37,075 bases of DNA from a virus (lineage: Duplodnaviria; Caudoviricetes). This document shows, in pieces, positions 36,005 to 37,075 of the stretch (the first letter of the stretch is position 1; the number at the start of each line of letters is the position of its first letter). Under the pieces are notes generated by a model. That model was not told the origin of the DNA. It saw nothing but the letters and a program-made list of their open reading frames with translations, and made no database searches. Location of the stretch: IMG/VR virus record IMGVR_UViG_3300036904_000092, positions 1 to 37,075 of that record; one strand, written 5' to 3'. The translations under genes and the position numbers were made by a program.

Positions 36005-36239
36005 AATTTAATCTTAAAACTCAATTGTGTTTATTGGTCCCTTTGGTAATTCGCACCAGCACTCAATTTCAAAACAGGTTCAAACCAATATTTTCTTACC
36101 ATACAATTTTGTCCTTTATGAAATGTTTCAACTTGTTCGCAGAGAACAAATTCTCTTGGATTCACAATTCCTTCATCTTGATAAACTTGAGATAAATAAG
36201 CTTTTCCCCAATCATCAATAATTTGTTTGTGATTTTTTT

Positions 36240-36395
36240 TTATTTCTTCAATCGCATTTCTTTAGTTACTTTCTCTATAAGCTCCTTAGCTTGCTTGTAC
36301 CCTATCTGCAACTTCCTCTGAAGAAACACAATGCTCAAAGATCCGTGCTTCTTCTTCAACTCTCTGGCTTTTCCGGATAGTTCGTCAGTGATCAT
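36240..36395 (-). CDS. Stand-alone FtsK gamma-domain-like winged-helix mini-protein (51 aa)
   Basis: Manual translation MITDELSGKARELKKKHGSLSIVFLQRKLQIGYKQAKELIEKVTKEMRLKK; ATGA coupling to the methyltransferase stop. Confidence 0.7.
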   Translation of the reverse strand: MITDELSGKARELKKKHGSLSIVFLQRKLQIGYKQAKELIEKVTKEMRLKK

Positions 36396-37031
36396 AAATA
36401 ACCTTCCAATCTTTTCACTGCAATTTCACAATACTCTTTCTCTAACTCTATTCCAATAGCCTTTACACCTAATTGCTTCGCTGCGATTAGGGTACTTCCA
36501 GACCCGGCGAAAGGATCAAGCAAAACAGGATTGCCTGGGGGTGCAAGAAGTTTGATTATATATTTCATTAAAGCTAATGGTTTGACTGTAGGGTGAAAGT
36601 TTTCGGATTTTGTAGAATTATCAGGTCTTAATGCATTAGTTGGGCCTTTTTTGGTATTACACACCTTTTCTCCATCTTTGGCACCTTTTTGCTTAAGTGG
36701 CATTCCCTTTAGTCCCTCATTACGCTCTTTGCTCGAAGCTTTGGCACAGTAAAAAAATCGACTTGCACTTATCCCACTCTGCCGATCTAGTTCCGCGGCC
36801 GCTTCTTCGTCTAAAATAAGATTTGCGTGCCATCGACCTAATATAGTTGTTCCAATTTGAAATGATCCTGATAAATTTTTTCCATAAGTATTGTTTCCTT
36901 CAAGGCGATCTGAATTTATTAAAGGACCTTCTTCTGATTCAATCCTCGAATCATCAATATTAATCCCAGCAACTCCCCACTTTTCGGCATTCTGCGCAAA
37001 AGTGCCATCTAGAGGTTTCATCGCCAATATA
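36392..37031 (-). CDS. DNA methyltransferase, C-terminal part (whole gene is 386-1 plus 37031-36392, 341 aa)
   Basis: HPTVKP, VLLDPFAGSGSTLIAA (motif I) and GIELEKEY. Confidence 0.93.
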
Positions 37032-37075
37032 ATAGGCTCCCATGCTGGTTTAAGCGCTGTGCCATATCCTTCAAA
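37032..37075. repeat. Terminal overlap (copy 2)
   Basis: Identical to bases 1-44. Confidence 0.97.

Noticed and set aside
37032-37075. Biological direct terminal repeat
   Set aside because: The 44-bp overlap falls in the middle of a gene and is best explained as an assembler circularisation overlap.

Overview
The window is a complete circular genome of a tailed dsDNA phage, probably podovirus-like. It has 37,031 bp of unique sequence, because bases 1-44 are repeated at 37032-37075. Most genes are on the minus strand: TerS/TerL, portal, scaffold, an N4-gp56-type major capsid protein (MCP), adaptor/nozzle/fibre and ejection proteins, RusA, a lambda-O-like initiator with internal iterons, and a beta-class DNA methyltransferase that spans the contig ends. 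A plus-strand early block carries an HNH nuclease, an ssDNA-annealing protein and a YqaJ exonuclease. I recognise no integrase, polymerase, helicase or endolysin. The key observation is that the essential capsid gene is split into three exons (262, 31 and 670 nt). One intervening sequence is a compact 206-nt group I intron (28260-28465). The other is a 51-nt element (28497-28547) that has group I splice-site signals (U.G wobble P1, P10, terminal G) and a 3' tail resembling its neighbour's, but no catalytic core. It looks like a non-autonomous mini-intron spliced by the adjacent ribozyme. Removing both restores a 320-aa MCP reading ...DARVDW-Y-GTYLILQEQ-V-MLINEDP.... Other oddities are twin palindromic promoter cassettes, a non-canonical tRNA-like RNA, a sigma70-r4/alphaCTD-like fusion, a stand-alone FtsK-gamma-like mini-protein and three paralogous tail genes. 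All family calls are from motif recognition by eye, not from database searches.
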